The translations under genes and the position numbers were made by a program. Positions 27,070 to 37,982 of a stretch of 64,000 bases of DNA are shown here, piece by piece. Source of the DNA: Dendrobates tinctorius (lineage: Eukaryota); the NCBI RefSeq assembly GCF_039654945.1, contig NW_027361684.1:31682001-31746000 (forward strand), given 5' to 3'. The notes under the pieces were generated by a model that saw only the letters and a program-made list of their open reading frames with translations, was not told where the DNA came from and searched no databases. Within the stretch, counting starts at the first letter, position 1. Each line of letters opens with the position of its first letter.

Positions 27070-28058
27070 TAGGAGATAGTAGGAAACAAGGGGTATTTAA
27101 AATAGAGAGTCCACCAATTGGAATGTAAGGCTTGCACACGTGATCACACACACCAATAGTGTCATGTAACTAATGACCCTCCCATAAGATGGCGCTTGTC
27201 ACCATGGAAGCAGAAATGTAAAACACATAACATCCCACCACTTTAATGTGTGCCAAATGCAGCAGGTAGCCTTAAGGGAGCAGAGCGTGGGAGGGAAGAG
27301 TTAAAGTACTATGCAACCCGGCGCTGCTATGTGCGGTTACATACAAAAAGATATAATGAAGCCGGGAGCATAGGAAAAATGAAGCCCCTCCCACCATGTG
27401 TCATAAGCGGCATCGCAGCCGCCTCTGATGACGCGCATGTAGCTGCGGCGACCAAGACAGCAGATGGCATCGGCATCATGTGTCCGGTGATGTCACGGTC
27501 ATGTGACCAGTCACCAGGGCAACGGTTGATGCCGAGAGCCGACCGATGTGAGCGAGGCGGCGGCACATGTGCGTACTGGGAGGACGCAGGCAGCCCGAGA
27601 CTGCTGTAATGGCTTGTATATGGTGCTGCCGCTGTAGTGTTATAACAGAGTATTATGGCACTGAAAATAGGTACATACAAGTAAGAATAAAATAATGTGC
27701 GCATGGAGAGAAAACCATAGATATCACAAGGCAGATAGCATATAATACTAAAGAATGAAAAACCCATATGATCATGATATATATGCATACACATAACTAA
27801 AATAACTAAGCCACATACAAACATAAACATGTTTCATCATGACAAGTGTAATGTATATAAAATCTTCGTATGCTGAAATTCCAGGAGATTGTTGTCGTAT
27901 TTCTATTTAAATATATCCAGGAGGCATCTGGTATAATCGGAAATGGAGCACGGGGACAACGGTGGAACAAACTAAATTAAAAGCAATAATGTTAAAATCA
28001 AATAATAAACACATGAACAAATGTGGTCAAAAAAGATGGTAAAGGCCACAAAAGATGT

Positions 28059-30210
28059 TCATAAAAATGGAGCAAAACTGATAGCCTCATTAAGTCTTTT
28101 AGGATGTACAGTGTCAAGAGACCAAATCCAGCGGGTTTCTCACTGTGATAATTTTTGGGTCAAATTTCCACCTTGAACCCCAGGATTACTTATGTCAATG
28201 CCCCTGACACGAAGCAGCGAACTGTCACAGCCATGTTTAAGTTTAAAATGTCGCGGCGAATACGCACCTTCAATTGCCATGTAGTCATCCCAATGTATAT
28301 GAGATTGCATGGGCATAATGCAAAGTATACCACATATCGTGACATACAGGAAATACGATTTCTGATGTCGTATGTCCTGGTTCTTGATGAATTGAAAAAT
28401 TTTTCGTGTGTTCAATGTTGGGGCAGGCAACACATCGGCCACAAGGAGCACAGCCACATCTAGGACGCCGGCATCAAGAAAACTAGACCCTGGTTCTGGC
28501 TGGTAGTGGCTATGGACAAGGTGGTCCCTGAGATTTTTCGAACATCAGATGGTTATACTAGGCACCGACAGAAGAAGCTGATTTAGAATTGGATCAGTTT
28601 GGAGGATAGGCCACGCCCTTTGAAGACATCCTTTCATCCGGGCAAATTATGCATGATAGTTAGTGATAAATCTTATTTTATCAGCGGATTTTGTCTCCTT
28701 TTTTTTGTATAATAAGGACTGGTGTGTGAACCATTTGGCACGATTATATGCTCTTTTTATGGCCCGTCCGCTATAGCCTCTCTCTCGAAACCAAGCAGCA
28801 AGATCCTCTGCCTGTAGCTCGAAATCTTGTTCAGTAGAAGAAATCCTGCGAAGACGCAAGAATTGTCCTATTGGAATAGAACCAATTAATGGTTTGCGGT
28901 GGGCAGATGAAGCATTCAGTAGCATGTTGGATGATGTCTCCTTCCTAAAGATGCTGGTTTGTAGGATGTCATCAGCATCTCTCCATACTGTGACATCAAG
29001 GAAGCTAATTTTATTAGCATCATGATTGTAAGTAATGTGAATATTTTTAACAATCGAGTTTACACCTACCATGAATTTGCATAGTTGTAAAGAGTTCCCC
29101 TGCCAGATCAGAAAGATGTCATCGATGTACCACACCCAAAAGAGGATGCGGTCCATCGACAGACATTGGTCTGACAGGGGGAGGTCCCTCTCCCACAGCC
29201 CCAGGAAAAGGTTGGCATACGAGGGGGCAAAGGAAGCACCCATCGCTGTACCCTGGAGCTGTAGGTAGAAGGACCCCATAAATGTAAAAAAATTATGAGT
29301 AAGGGAAGACTCTAGGAGCTCAAGAATCAGGAGGACTATCTCCCCTGGCAAGTTTGAGATATTAAGAAAATACCTGGTAGCTGCCAAACTGTCTGTATGC
29401 CTGATGCTGGTGTACAGGGATTCTACATCACCTGTCACCAGCATCGTGTTGTGGCCAATATGGAGACCATTTTAAAAACTCCCCTGTGTCTAGAATGAAG
29501 GAAGGAAGACTCTCAACTATAGGCTGTAGTTTTGAGTCTATCCAATGATTGACTTTTTCTAAATAATTGCCAGAACCGGAAATGATCGGAGGTCCTGGAG
29601 GGGCCTCCAGATTCTTGTGTATTTTAGGTAACAGGTAAAATGTGGAGATGGTAGGTTCCTGTACCTGAAGTGCTGAAGCCAGATCCCTTGTAATAACACA
29701 GTTTTGAACCGCTGAGTTCAGAATCTTAGTCAGCTGTGTCACAAAGGATGAAAGGGGGTTAAAAGTTAGACGCTTATAGCAAGTCTTGTTGTTAAGCTGT
29801 CTAAATGCCTCTTTCTCATAAAGAGACTTGGGCCATTTGACAACATTTCCCCCTTTATCTGCTGGCTTCAGCACAATATGAGGAAGCCCCTTCAGGACAT
29901 CCAAGCTGCAGCATTCATCACGACTCAAATTGTCCCTACCCACCCCTCATGGAATACCCAAGAAGTCCTTAGAGACCACTTGTACAAATAAATCAACCAC
30001 TGGGCAAGTAGCAAGGGGAGGAAATTCTTTAGACTTAACTCTAATGGACGGGGGGGGGGGATCTTACCTCCCTCTCCAGAATCATGCTCAGAGGATAAGT
30101 CTTCCAGATCTTGTAGTGCTAATTGTTCCTTTTCTGTAGGAAACAAATTTTGCAAGAGAGGGTCAAAGAAATTTTCTTGAAAATCAAGGACCTAGCAAAC
30201 AGATGCAGGT
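28059..30210 (-). pseudogene. Penelope RT + GIY-YIG endonuclease, frameshifted
   Basis: KPADKGG, YLLPKIHK, DVESLYTSI, QGTAMGASFAPSYANL, YIDD, PCGRCVAC linker, VVYFALCPCNLIYIGMT, ETRWIWSLDTVHP. Confidence 0.92.
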
Positions 30211-31177
30211 CCTTGATTTTAGTTATGTGTTTGCATATATATTATGATCATATGGTTGTTCCATGATTAATTATAAAATTACTTATATATGCATGTTTAC
30301 ATATATTGATTTTTTCCTATACCACCCTTTGTATATTTAATTTTGTATGTGTCATAGTCTATAATCAAAAGATCATTTGTCTCCCAATCATGAGCTGTTT
30401 CTCACCTTTCTATTGTTCATCATAGCGCCCAACATTATGTATCATCTATGTAGTTTTTCATTCTTTGATATATAAGGTTTTTCATTCTTCAGTATTATAT
30501 GCTATCTGCCTTGATATATCTATGGTTTTCTCTCCATGCGCCCACTATTTTATTCTTACCTGTATGTATCTATTTTCAATGCCATAATACTCTGTTATAA
30601 CACTACAGCGACAGCACCATTTACAAGCCATTACAGCAGAGTCTCAGGCTGCCTGCGTCCTCCCAGTATGCACATGTGCCGCCGCCTCCTTCACATCGGG
30701 CGGCTCTCGGCATCAACCGTTGCCCTGGTGACTGGTCACATGACCGTGATGTCACCGGGCACATGATGCCGACGCCGTCTGCTGTCTTGGTCGCCGCGGC
30801 TACATGCGCGTCATCAGAGGCAGATGCGACGCCGCTTATGACACATGGTGGGAGGGGCTTCATTTTTTGCTATGCTCCCGGCTTCATTATACGGTATCTT
30901 TTTGTATGTAACCGCTCATAGCGGCGCCGGGCTGCACTGCACTTTAACTCTTCCCTCCCACGTTCTGCTCCCTTAAGGCTAACTGCTGCATTTGGCACAC
31001 ATTAAAGTGGTGGGATGTTATGTGTTATACATTTCTGCTTCCATGGTGAAAAGCGCCATCTTATGGGAGGGTCATTAGTTACATGACACTATTGGTGTGT
31101 GTGATCACGTGTCAAGCCTTACATTGCAATTGGTGGACTCTCTATTTTATATACCCCTTGTTTCCTACTATCTCGTA

Positions 31178-31217
31178 CCCCTTGATAAAGGCCATATAGC
31201 CGAAACGTGCGTGGGGG
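31178..31217 (+). ncRNA. Minimal type I hammerhead-like motif (variant core) in the PLE-2 inverted pseudo-LTR
   Basis: CCCC-TTGATAA-A-GGC catata GCC-GAAAC-GTGCGT-GGGG. Confidence 0.55.
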
Positions 31218-31269
31218 CGCACGCCAGTGTGGACTCTATCCATATACCAGGAAAGGTAATATTTATATA

Positions 31270-32557
31270 CCGTATTTTTCGGACCATAAGACGCACTTTT
31301 TTCCCCCAAAATTTTGGGGGAAAGTGGGGGGTGCGTCTTATGGTCGCAATGCACGGTACCTGGTGCGCTGGTGGCAGCGGGCGAGGCTCTGCGGTGCGGT
31401 GGTGGCAGCGGGCGGCGCTCTGCAGTGCGGTGGTGGCAGCGTGCTGTGCTCCGGTGCAGGGGCGGCGGCTCCGCCGGCGTTTCTTCGCAGCCCGGAGGCC
31501 CCTGCACACCCCTTGCTGGGCGCCGCCAAGTTGCGGTGGCCTCCGGGAGCATGGACGCCGGCAAGATGGCCGCCCGTCCGGGGACGGCGTATGCGCAGCT
31601 TCAGATCTCGTGCTGAGATCTCGGGGGGCGAGATTCAAATCTCGGCAACGAGATCTCGTCCCCCGAGATCTCGGCACGAGATCTGAAGCTGCGCATGCGC
31701 CATCCCAGGACCGGCGGCCATCTTGCCGGCGTCCATGCTCCCGGAGGCCACCGCAACATGGCGGCGCCCAGCAAGGGGTGTGCGGGGGCCTCCGGGCTGC
31801 GAAGAAACGCCGGCGGAGCCGCCGCCCCTGCACCGGAGCACAGCCCGCTGCCACCACCATACCGCAGAGCGCCGCCCGCTGCCACCACTGCTGAGCCCAC
31901 TTGTCCCTGCCACAGCTGCCCCTGCCTCAGCTGCCCCTGCCTCAGATGCCCCAGCTGCCCCTGCCCCAGCACAGCTGCCCCTGCCCACCTGCCCCTGCCA
32001 CAGCTGCCCCTGCCCCAGCACAGCTGCCCCTGCCCACCTGCCCCTGCCCCAGCTGCCCCTGCCCCAGCTGCCCCTCCCACAGCTGCCCCTGCCCCAGCAC
32101 AGCTGCCCCTGCCCCAGCTGCCCCTGCCCCAGCACAGCTGCCCCTGCCCACCTGCCACAGCTGCCCCTGCCCCTGCCACAGCTGCCCCTGCCCCAGCTGC
32201 CCCTGCCCAGCTGCCCCTGCCACAGCTGCCCCTGCCCCAGCACAGCTGCCCCTGCCACAGCTGCCCCAGCACAGCTGCCCCTGCCACAGCTGCCCCTGCC
32301 ACAGCACAGCTGCCCCTGCCACAGCTGCCCCTGCCACAGCTGCCCCCTGCACAGCCCACCCGCCCCAGCCCCAGTGCAGCTGCCCCAGCACAGAGCCGCC
32401 GCCACCGCACGAGCCTGGACCACTGAATGACCCCTGTGACTACTTCTCCACCTGTGCCGGATCCCTTCCCAGGTAAGCTGAATTCGGACTGTAAGACGGA
32501 CCCCCATTTGACACATTATTATTTTTTTCCCTATTTTCCTTCTGAAAATAGGGGTGC
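31270..32557. mobile_element. Non-autonomous mariner-like element, right end cut by an LTR insertion
   Basis: TA-CCGTATTTTTCGGACCATAAGACGCAC start; internal GC-rich palindrome and minisatellite; the subterminal ...aaataggggtgc is interrupted by TGTCAC. Confidence 0.75.
31905..32390. repeat. GC-rich minisatellite (cagctgcccctgcc variants)
   Basis: 15-20 bp variant units; explains the Pro/Cys/Ala-rich ORFs in all frames. Confidence 0.9.
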
Positions 32558-33491
32558 TGTCACGTCTCCGTCAGATTTGGGGCCTGCTGTTCCGGTCGCA
32601 GCCACTAGGAGGCGCCGGGCCGCCACTTCGCCGTCAGACTCGGGGACGGCTGTTCCTGCCTCGGCCACTGGGAGGCGCCGTGGTTCTATTACGTCGCCGT
32701 CAGACTCAGGGCCTATGGTCCCAGCTTTAGCCACTAGGAGGCGCCGGTCTGTCACGTCACCGTTGGATTCAAGGCCTGCTGTTCCGGTCACGGCCACTAG
32801 GAGGCGCCAGACCGCCACTTCACTGTCAGACTCGGGGACGGCTGTTCCTGCCTCGGCCACTGGGAGGCGCCGTGGTCCGCCCGTGAGTTATGGTGGTGAC
32901 AGAGAAGTGGCTCCTGCGCAGGCATCTGGTGGGCGCAGGCTCCGCCCCTCTGTCAGTCATCAGGGGGTTACTGCAACTCCATCTGGCCTGGTCTTGGGGG
33001 CGGCCCTAATGACATCACCAGTCCAGGAACCTGTGAGGGATGACCTGATCCCTCAAATACCTTGGGACTGGTCTTGCAAGCCGCCGGATATATTCTTGGT
33101 TCCCCTGTGTGTTACTTAGTGATTGATTTCTGTTTGACTCTGACCTCAGCCTGGATTTCTGACCCCTCTTTTGCCTGACGATTCTGTACTTCTGCTACTC
33201 TCCTGGTTTGTGACCTTGGCCTGGATATTCTGACTCTGCTACTTCCTAACGATTCTGTACCTCTGCCGCCCTCCTGGTTTTTGACTCTGACCTTGGCCTG
33301 AAATTGACTCTGCTATTGCCTGCCGTTTTTGTACTTCACTCTGACGACCGTCCTGCTCTGGCCGCTGCTCCTATTCAGACAGTACCTCCTGGGCTCTGTT
33401 GTAAATCCAGATCCCTGTATAGGGGTAAAGGGTATCAGTGTTTCTCGGGGTGTTGCCTGGCTGCAGCCCAGAACCGCAGACGGACGTTACA
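32558..33491 (+). repeat. 5' LTR (934 bp)
   Basis: TGTCAC...GTTACA; apparently identical to 37049-37982. Confidence 0.93.
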
Positions 33492-33656
33492 TTATATCCG
33501 GCCATAAAATTAACTGCTTCTTGTGTATATACCCAACATATACAAAAGCAGTCTCCCTGAACTTTTTTTTTTCTTCTTCTGACTGAGCTGATTTTTAGCC
33601 TGAACACCTGTTGCAGTGCACAGCCTGGAAGATCTCTCTCATTTTCTTGGACAACT

Positions 33657-36600
33657 ATGCGGCAGTCTGGAGTCTTCAGGGAGAGAGCTGCACCTCAGAG
33701 ATCCATGCTCCTGGCACGTCGACCTCTGGGCAACTACTCTGGCTATGGTTGCCCAGAGGTTCAGGTATTGCCCGCAGATGCGGCTAAAGTTTTATTACCC
33801 ATTTCAGTTTCATGTGGTCAGAAATCGCTGTGTTTAAACGCGTATGTGGATAGTGGTTCTGAAGGAAATTTTATGGATTCCTTGACTGCTAGGAATTTGG
33901 GTGTAACTCTACTAAAACTTAATGCCCCTATTAAAACCACGGCTATTAATGGCACGTCCATTATTCAGGAGGGGGTTAAGTTTGTTACTGCCAAGGTTGC
34001 CATGTCTGTGGGAGCCTTACACACTGAGCTGGTGTCATTTTTTGTGATGGACAATTTAACCTCTGCAGTTATTCTGGGTATGCCATGGCTACGCCAGCAC
34101 AATCCTGTCATCGACTGGCACTTGGGTGACGTTGTACGCTGGAGCCCACAGTGTCAGAAAAATTGCATATCCTTGGCAGTAAACCAAGTTAAGGTTAAAA
34201 CCCCCCGCATACCGTTTGCTTTCAGAGATTTTGAGGATGTCTTTTCTATTGTAGAATCTGAAAAGCTACCCCCTCACAGAGAGTATGATTGCCCTATTGA
34301 TCTGATTCCGGATGCCCGTCTCCCTAAGGGAAGAATATTTAATCTCTCTGGCCCAGAGCGTCAGGCCATGAATGACTATATTGCAGATAGCCTAAGAAAA
34401 GGGTTTATCAGACCGTCCATTTCTCCAGTTGGGGCTGGGTTCTTCTTTGTGGAGAAGAAAGATGGTGGTCTCAGACCCTGCATTGATTATCGGGAGTTGA
34501 ATGCAATCACTATAAAAAACCAGTATCCGCTTCCACTCATCCCTGATCTTTTTAATCAGCTAACAGGAGCCCGTTGGTTTACTAAACTTGACCTCCGGGG
34601 GGCATACAATCTAGTCCGCATAAGAGACGGGGATGAGTGGAAAACGGCCTTCAATACACCCCTTGGCCATTTTGAGTACCTGGTTATGCCGTTCGGACTC
34701 AGCAACGCACCTGCCGTATTTCAGCACTTTGTTAACGATATTTTTAGAGACATTTGTGGGGTGTATGTCGTGGTGTATTTAGATGACATTCTGATTTACT
34801 CTGCTGACCCTGTGACACACTCTCAACACGTCTGTTCTGTGCTACAAAGACTACGTGAACACTCCTTGTTTGCTAAACTGGAGAAATGTGTCTTTTTTGC
34901 TGAGGAGGTACAATTTTTAGGATACATGGTTTCAGGTAAAGGCTTCCGCATGGATCCTGCCAAGGTCCAGCCTATTAAGGCTTGGGTGCAACCAAAATCG
35001 CTGAAAGCGCTGCAGCGATTTTTGGGGTTCGCTAATTATTACCGCAAGTTTATTAGAGGTTTCTCAGAGATTGCCAAGCCACTCACGGATCTGACCCGGA
35101 AAGGGGCGGACGTGGCCAACTGGAATCCTGAGGCAATTCAGGCGTTTTCTACGTTAAAAGAGAGTTTTGTGGCCAACCCAGTTTTGGTTCAGCCGGATCT
35201 GGACCGTCCATTTATTGTGGAGGTGGATGCCTCTGAAATCGGAGTGGGAGCAGTGCTATCACAAGGCACTACATCCCTCACTCAGCTTCGTCCATGTGCG
35301 TTTTTTTCCCGCAAATTCTCTCCCACGGAGAAAAACTATGATATTGGGAATCGGGAACTATTGGCAATTAAATGGGCCTTCGAGGAATGGCGTCACTTCC
35401 TCGAGGGCGCCAAACACAAGATCACGGTAATTACCGATCATAAGAATCTGACATACCTAGAATCAGCAAAAAGGTTAAATCCTAGACAAGCAAGGTGGGC
35501 ATTGTTTTTCTCTAGGTTTAATTTTATAATCACCTTCCGCCCTGGTACAAAAAATGTGAGGGCCGATGCCCTCTCTCGCAGTTTCTGCCCCTCACAAGCC
35601 GAGGACTGTGAACCAGTTCCGATATTGGCCACTGGGATCATTGTCTCCGCAGTGTCATTGGACCTTCTGGAGGAGATCCGTAAATCCCCAGAACAAGCCC
35701 CTGACACTACGCCACCCAACAAATTGTTCGTTCCACCTGCGTTTCGCCTACAAGTGCTTAGAGAATCACATGACTCTGTCTTGGCAGGCCATCCTGGTCT
35801 CAATAATACCGCCAGATTGATAACTAGGAATTTTTGGTGGCCGACGGTGGTTAAGGACTGCAAAGAATATGTCTTAGCATGTGAGGTCTGTGCCCGCGCC
35901 AAGTCCTCCCATACTCGCCCTGCCGGCTGGCTCCAGTCCTTGCCCACCCCCGAGAGTCCATGGACCCACATCTCCATGGACTTCATTACGGACCTACCGT
36001 CCTCAGATGGAAAGACGTGTATCTGGGTGGTGGTGGACAGGTTCAGTAAACAATGTCATTTTGTCCCCCTGTCGGGGTTACCTAACTCGGAAACGTTGAG
36101 TAAACTGTTTATTGTACATGTGGTACGTTTACACGGTGCCCCGGTCAATATTGTGTCTGACAGGGGTACCCAATTCGTGTCAAAGTTCTGGAGGGCGTTC
36201 TGTAAACGCATTGGTATTGAGCTATCTTTTTCCTCGGCTTACCACCCTGAAACCAATGGGCAAACCGAACGTGTCAACCAGGCTCTGGAGCAATACCTTC
36301 GTTGCTACATCTCAGAACACCAGTCCGATTGGGCAGAACATCTGCCACTAGCCGAGTTTGCCCTAAACAATCAGTATCAGGACTCCATTAAGTCTACCCC
36401 CTTTTTCTGCAACCACGGGCTGCATCCGCGCTTTGGCTCATTCTCGGCCAGAATGTCGGAGCTTCCTGGGGTAGAGAAAAATATACATCGTTTAAAAACC
36501 ATTTGGTCTGAGGTAAACTCTAACTTGAAAGGGGCCCGGGTTAGACAGACCTCGGCAGCGAACAAACGGCGATCCAAAGGACCGCACCTGGGAGTTGGAG

Positions 36601-37610
36601 ACAAGGTTTGGCTCTCCACCAAAAACATCAAGCTTAAAGTACCGTCTGCCAAACTGGGTCCCAGATTTATTGGTCCATACGAGATTATAGAGGTGATTAA
36701 CCCGGTGGCCTTCCGTTTAAAACTCCCTCAGTCTTTCAAATTTCCCAATGTCTTCCACAAGTCTCTCCTCAAGTTGTATCGCTCCCCAATTCACCCTGTC
36801 CCATCCCCTCCTCCTCCCATTTCGGTCGGAGGGTCCTTGGAGTATGAAGTCCAGGGTGTCCTTGACTCCCGCCTTGTAAGAGGGTCCGTACAGTATCTGG
36901 TACACTGGAGGGGCTACGGCCCGGAGGAGAGGTCCTGGGTCCCTGCGCGGGACATCCATGCAAAAGCACTAATTAGAAGGTTTCACCTCCTTCACCCTGA
37001 CAAACCAGGTTTTGAGGGTCCGGAGGCCCCTCTTGGAAGGGGGGGTACTGTCACGTCTCCGTCAGATTTGGGGCCTGCTGTTCCGGTCGCAGCCACTAGG
37101 AGGCGCCGGGCCGCCACTTCGCCGTCAGACTCGGGGACGGCTGTTCCTGCCTCGGCCACTGGGAGGCGCCGTGGTTCTATTACGTCGCCGTCAGACTCAG
37201 GGCCTATGGTCCCAGCTTTAGCCACTAGGAGGCGCCGGTCTGTCACGTCACCGTTGGATTCAAGGCCTGCTGTTCCGGTCACGGCCACTAGGAGGCGCCA
37301 GACCGCCACTTCACTGTCAGACTCGGGGACGGCTGTTCCTGCCTCGGCCACTGGGAGGCGCCGTGGTCCGCCCGTGAGTTATGGTGGTGACAGAGAAGTG
37401 GCTCCTGCGCAGGCATCTGGTGGGCGCAGGCTCCGCCCCTCTGTCAGTCATCAGGGGGTTACTGCAACTCCATCTGGCCTGGTCTTGGGGGCGGCCCTAA
37501 TGACATCACCAGTCCAGGAACCTGTGAGGGATGACCTGATCCCTCAAATACCTTGGGACTGGTCTTGCAAGCCGCCGGATATATTCTTGGTTCCCCTGTG
37601 TGTTACTTAG
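33657..37610 (+). CDS. pol: Intact Pol: protease-RT-RNaseH-integrase-chromodomain plus LTR-encoded tail (1317 aa)
   Basis: VDSGS, VYLDD, DASEIG/ELLAI/TDHKNL/ADALSR, HHCC, MDFI-SDRG-TERVN, GPY, chromodomain YEVQGVLDSR...YLVHWRGY. Confidence 0.96.
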   Translation: MRQSGVFRERAAPQRSMLLARRPLGNYSGYGCPEVQVLPADAAKVLLPISVSCGQKSLCLNAYVDSGSEGNFMDSLTARNLGVTLLKLNAPIKTTAINGTSIIQEGVKFVTAKVAMSVGALHTELVSFFVMDNLTSAVILGMPWLRQHNPVIDWHLGDVVRWSPQCQKNCISLAVNQVKVKTPRIPFAFRDFEDVFSIVESEKLPPHREYDCPIDLIPDARLPKGRIFNLSGPERQAMNDYIADSLRKGFIRPSISPVGAGFFFVEKKDGGLRPCIDYRELNAITIKNQYPLPLIPDLFNQLTGARWFTKLDLRGAYNLVRIRDGDEWKTAFNTPLGHFEYLVMPFGLSNAPAVFQHFVNDIFRDICGVYVVVYLDDILIYSADPVTHSQHVCSVLQRLREHSLFAKLEKCVFFAEEVQFLGYMVSGKGFRMDPAKVQPIKAWVQPKSLKALQRFLGFANYYRKFIRGFSEIAKPLTDLTRKGADVANWNPEAIQAFSTLKESFVANPVLVQPDLDRPFIVEVDASEIGVGAVLSQGTTSLTQLRPCAFFSRKFSPTEKNYDIGNRELLAIKWAFEEWRHFLEGAKHKITVITDHKNLTYLESAKRLNPRQARWALFFSRFNFIITFRPGTKNVRADALSRSFCPSQAEDCEPVPILATGIIVSAVSLDLLEEIRKSPEQAPDTTPPNKLFVPPAFRLQVLRESHDSVLAGHPGLNNTARLITRNFWWPTVVKDCKEYVLACEVCARAKSSHTRPAGWLQSLPTPESPWTHISMDFITDLPSSDGKTCIWVVVDRFSKQCHFVPLSGLPNSETLSKLFIVHVVRLHGAPVNIVSDRGTQFVSKFWRAFCKRIGIELSFSSAYHPETNGQTERVNQALEQYLRCYISEHQSDWAEHLPLAEFALNNQYQDSIKSTPFFCNHGLHPRFGSFSARMSELPGVEKNIHRLKTIWSEVNSNLKGARVRQTSAANKRRSKGPHLGVGDKVWLSTKNIKLKVPSAKLGPRFIGPYEIIEVINPVAFRLKLPQSFKFPNVFHKSLLKLYRSPIHPVPSPPPPISVGGSLEYEVQGVLDSRLVRGSVQYLVHWRGYGPEERSWVPARDIHAKALIRRFHLLHPDKPGFEGPEAPLGRGGTVTSPSDLGPAVPVAATRRRRAATSPSDSGTAVPASATGRRRGSITSPSDSGPMVPALATRRRRSVTSPLDSRPAVPVTATRRRQTATSLSDSGTAVPASATGRRRGPPVSYGGDREVAPAQASGGRRLRPSVSHQGVTATPSGLVLGAALMTSPVQEPVRDDLIPQIPWDWSCKPPDIFLVPLCVT

Positions 37611-37982
37611 TGATTGATTTCTGTTTGACTCTGACCTCAGCCTGGATTTCTGACCCCTCTTTTGCCTGACGATTCTGTACTTCTGCTACTCTCCTGGTTT
37701 GTGACCTTGGCCTGGATATTCTGACTCTGCTACTTCCTAACGATTCTGTACCTCTGCCGCCCTCCTGGTTTTTGACTCTGACCTTGGCCTGAAATTGACT
37801 CTGCTATTGCCTGCCGTTTTTGTACTTCACTCTGACGACCGTCCTGCTCTGGCCGCTGCTCCTATTCAGACAGTACCTCCTGGGCTCTGTTGTAAATCCA
37901 GATCCCTGTATAGGGGTAAAGGGTATCAGTGTTTCTCGGGGTGTTGCCTGGCTGCAGCCCAGAACCGCAGACGGACGTTACA
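37049..37982 (+). repeat. Second LTR (934 bp)
   Basis: Preceded by the PPT and followed by another PBS and internal start. Confidence 0.93.

Larger units (their letters stand above)
26853..31268 (-). mobile_element. Penelope-like element PLE-2 (Neptune-type) with inverted pseudo-LTRs
   Basis: Disrupted RT-GIY-YIG ORF between inverted repeats ~26975-27765 and ~30475-31268. The 3' tail probably continues at ~18396-18743, beyond the nested PLE-1. Confidence 0.88.

Noticed and set aside
31097-32516. Overlapping Pro/Cys/Gly-rich ORFs resembling keratin-associated or glutenin-like proteins
   Set aside because: Artefacts of a GC-rich palindrome and minisatellite inside a MITE.
33555-33770. Splicing as the explanation for the missing gag (polypyrimidine/AG at ~33560-33598, CAG|GTATTG at ~33764)
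   Set aside because: The signals are suggestive only; without a gag-containing parent sequence no intron boundaries can be shown.
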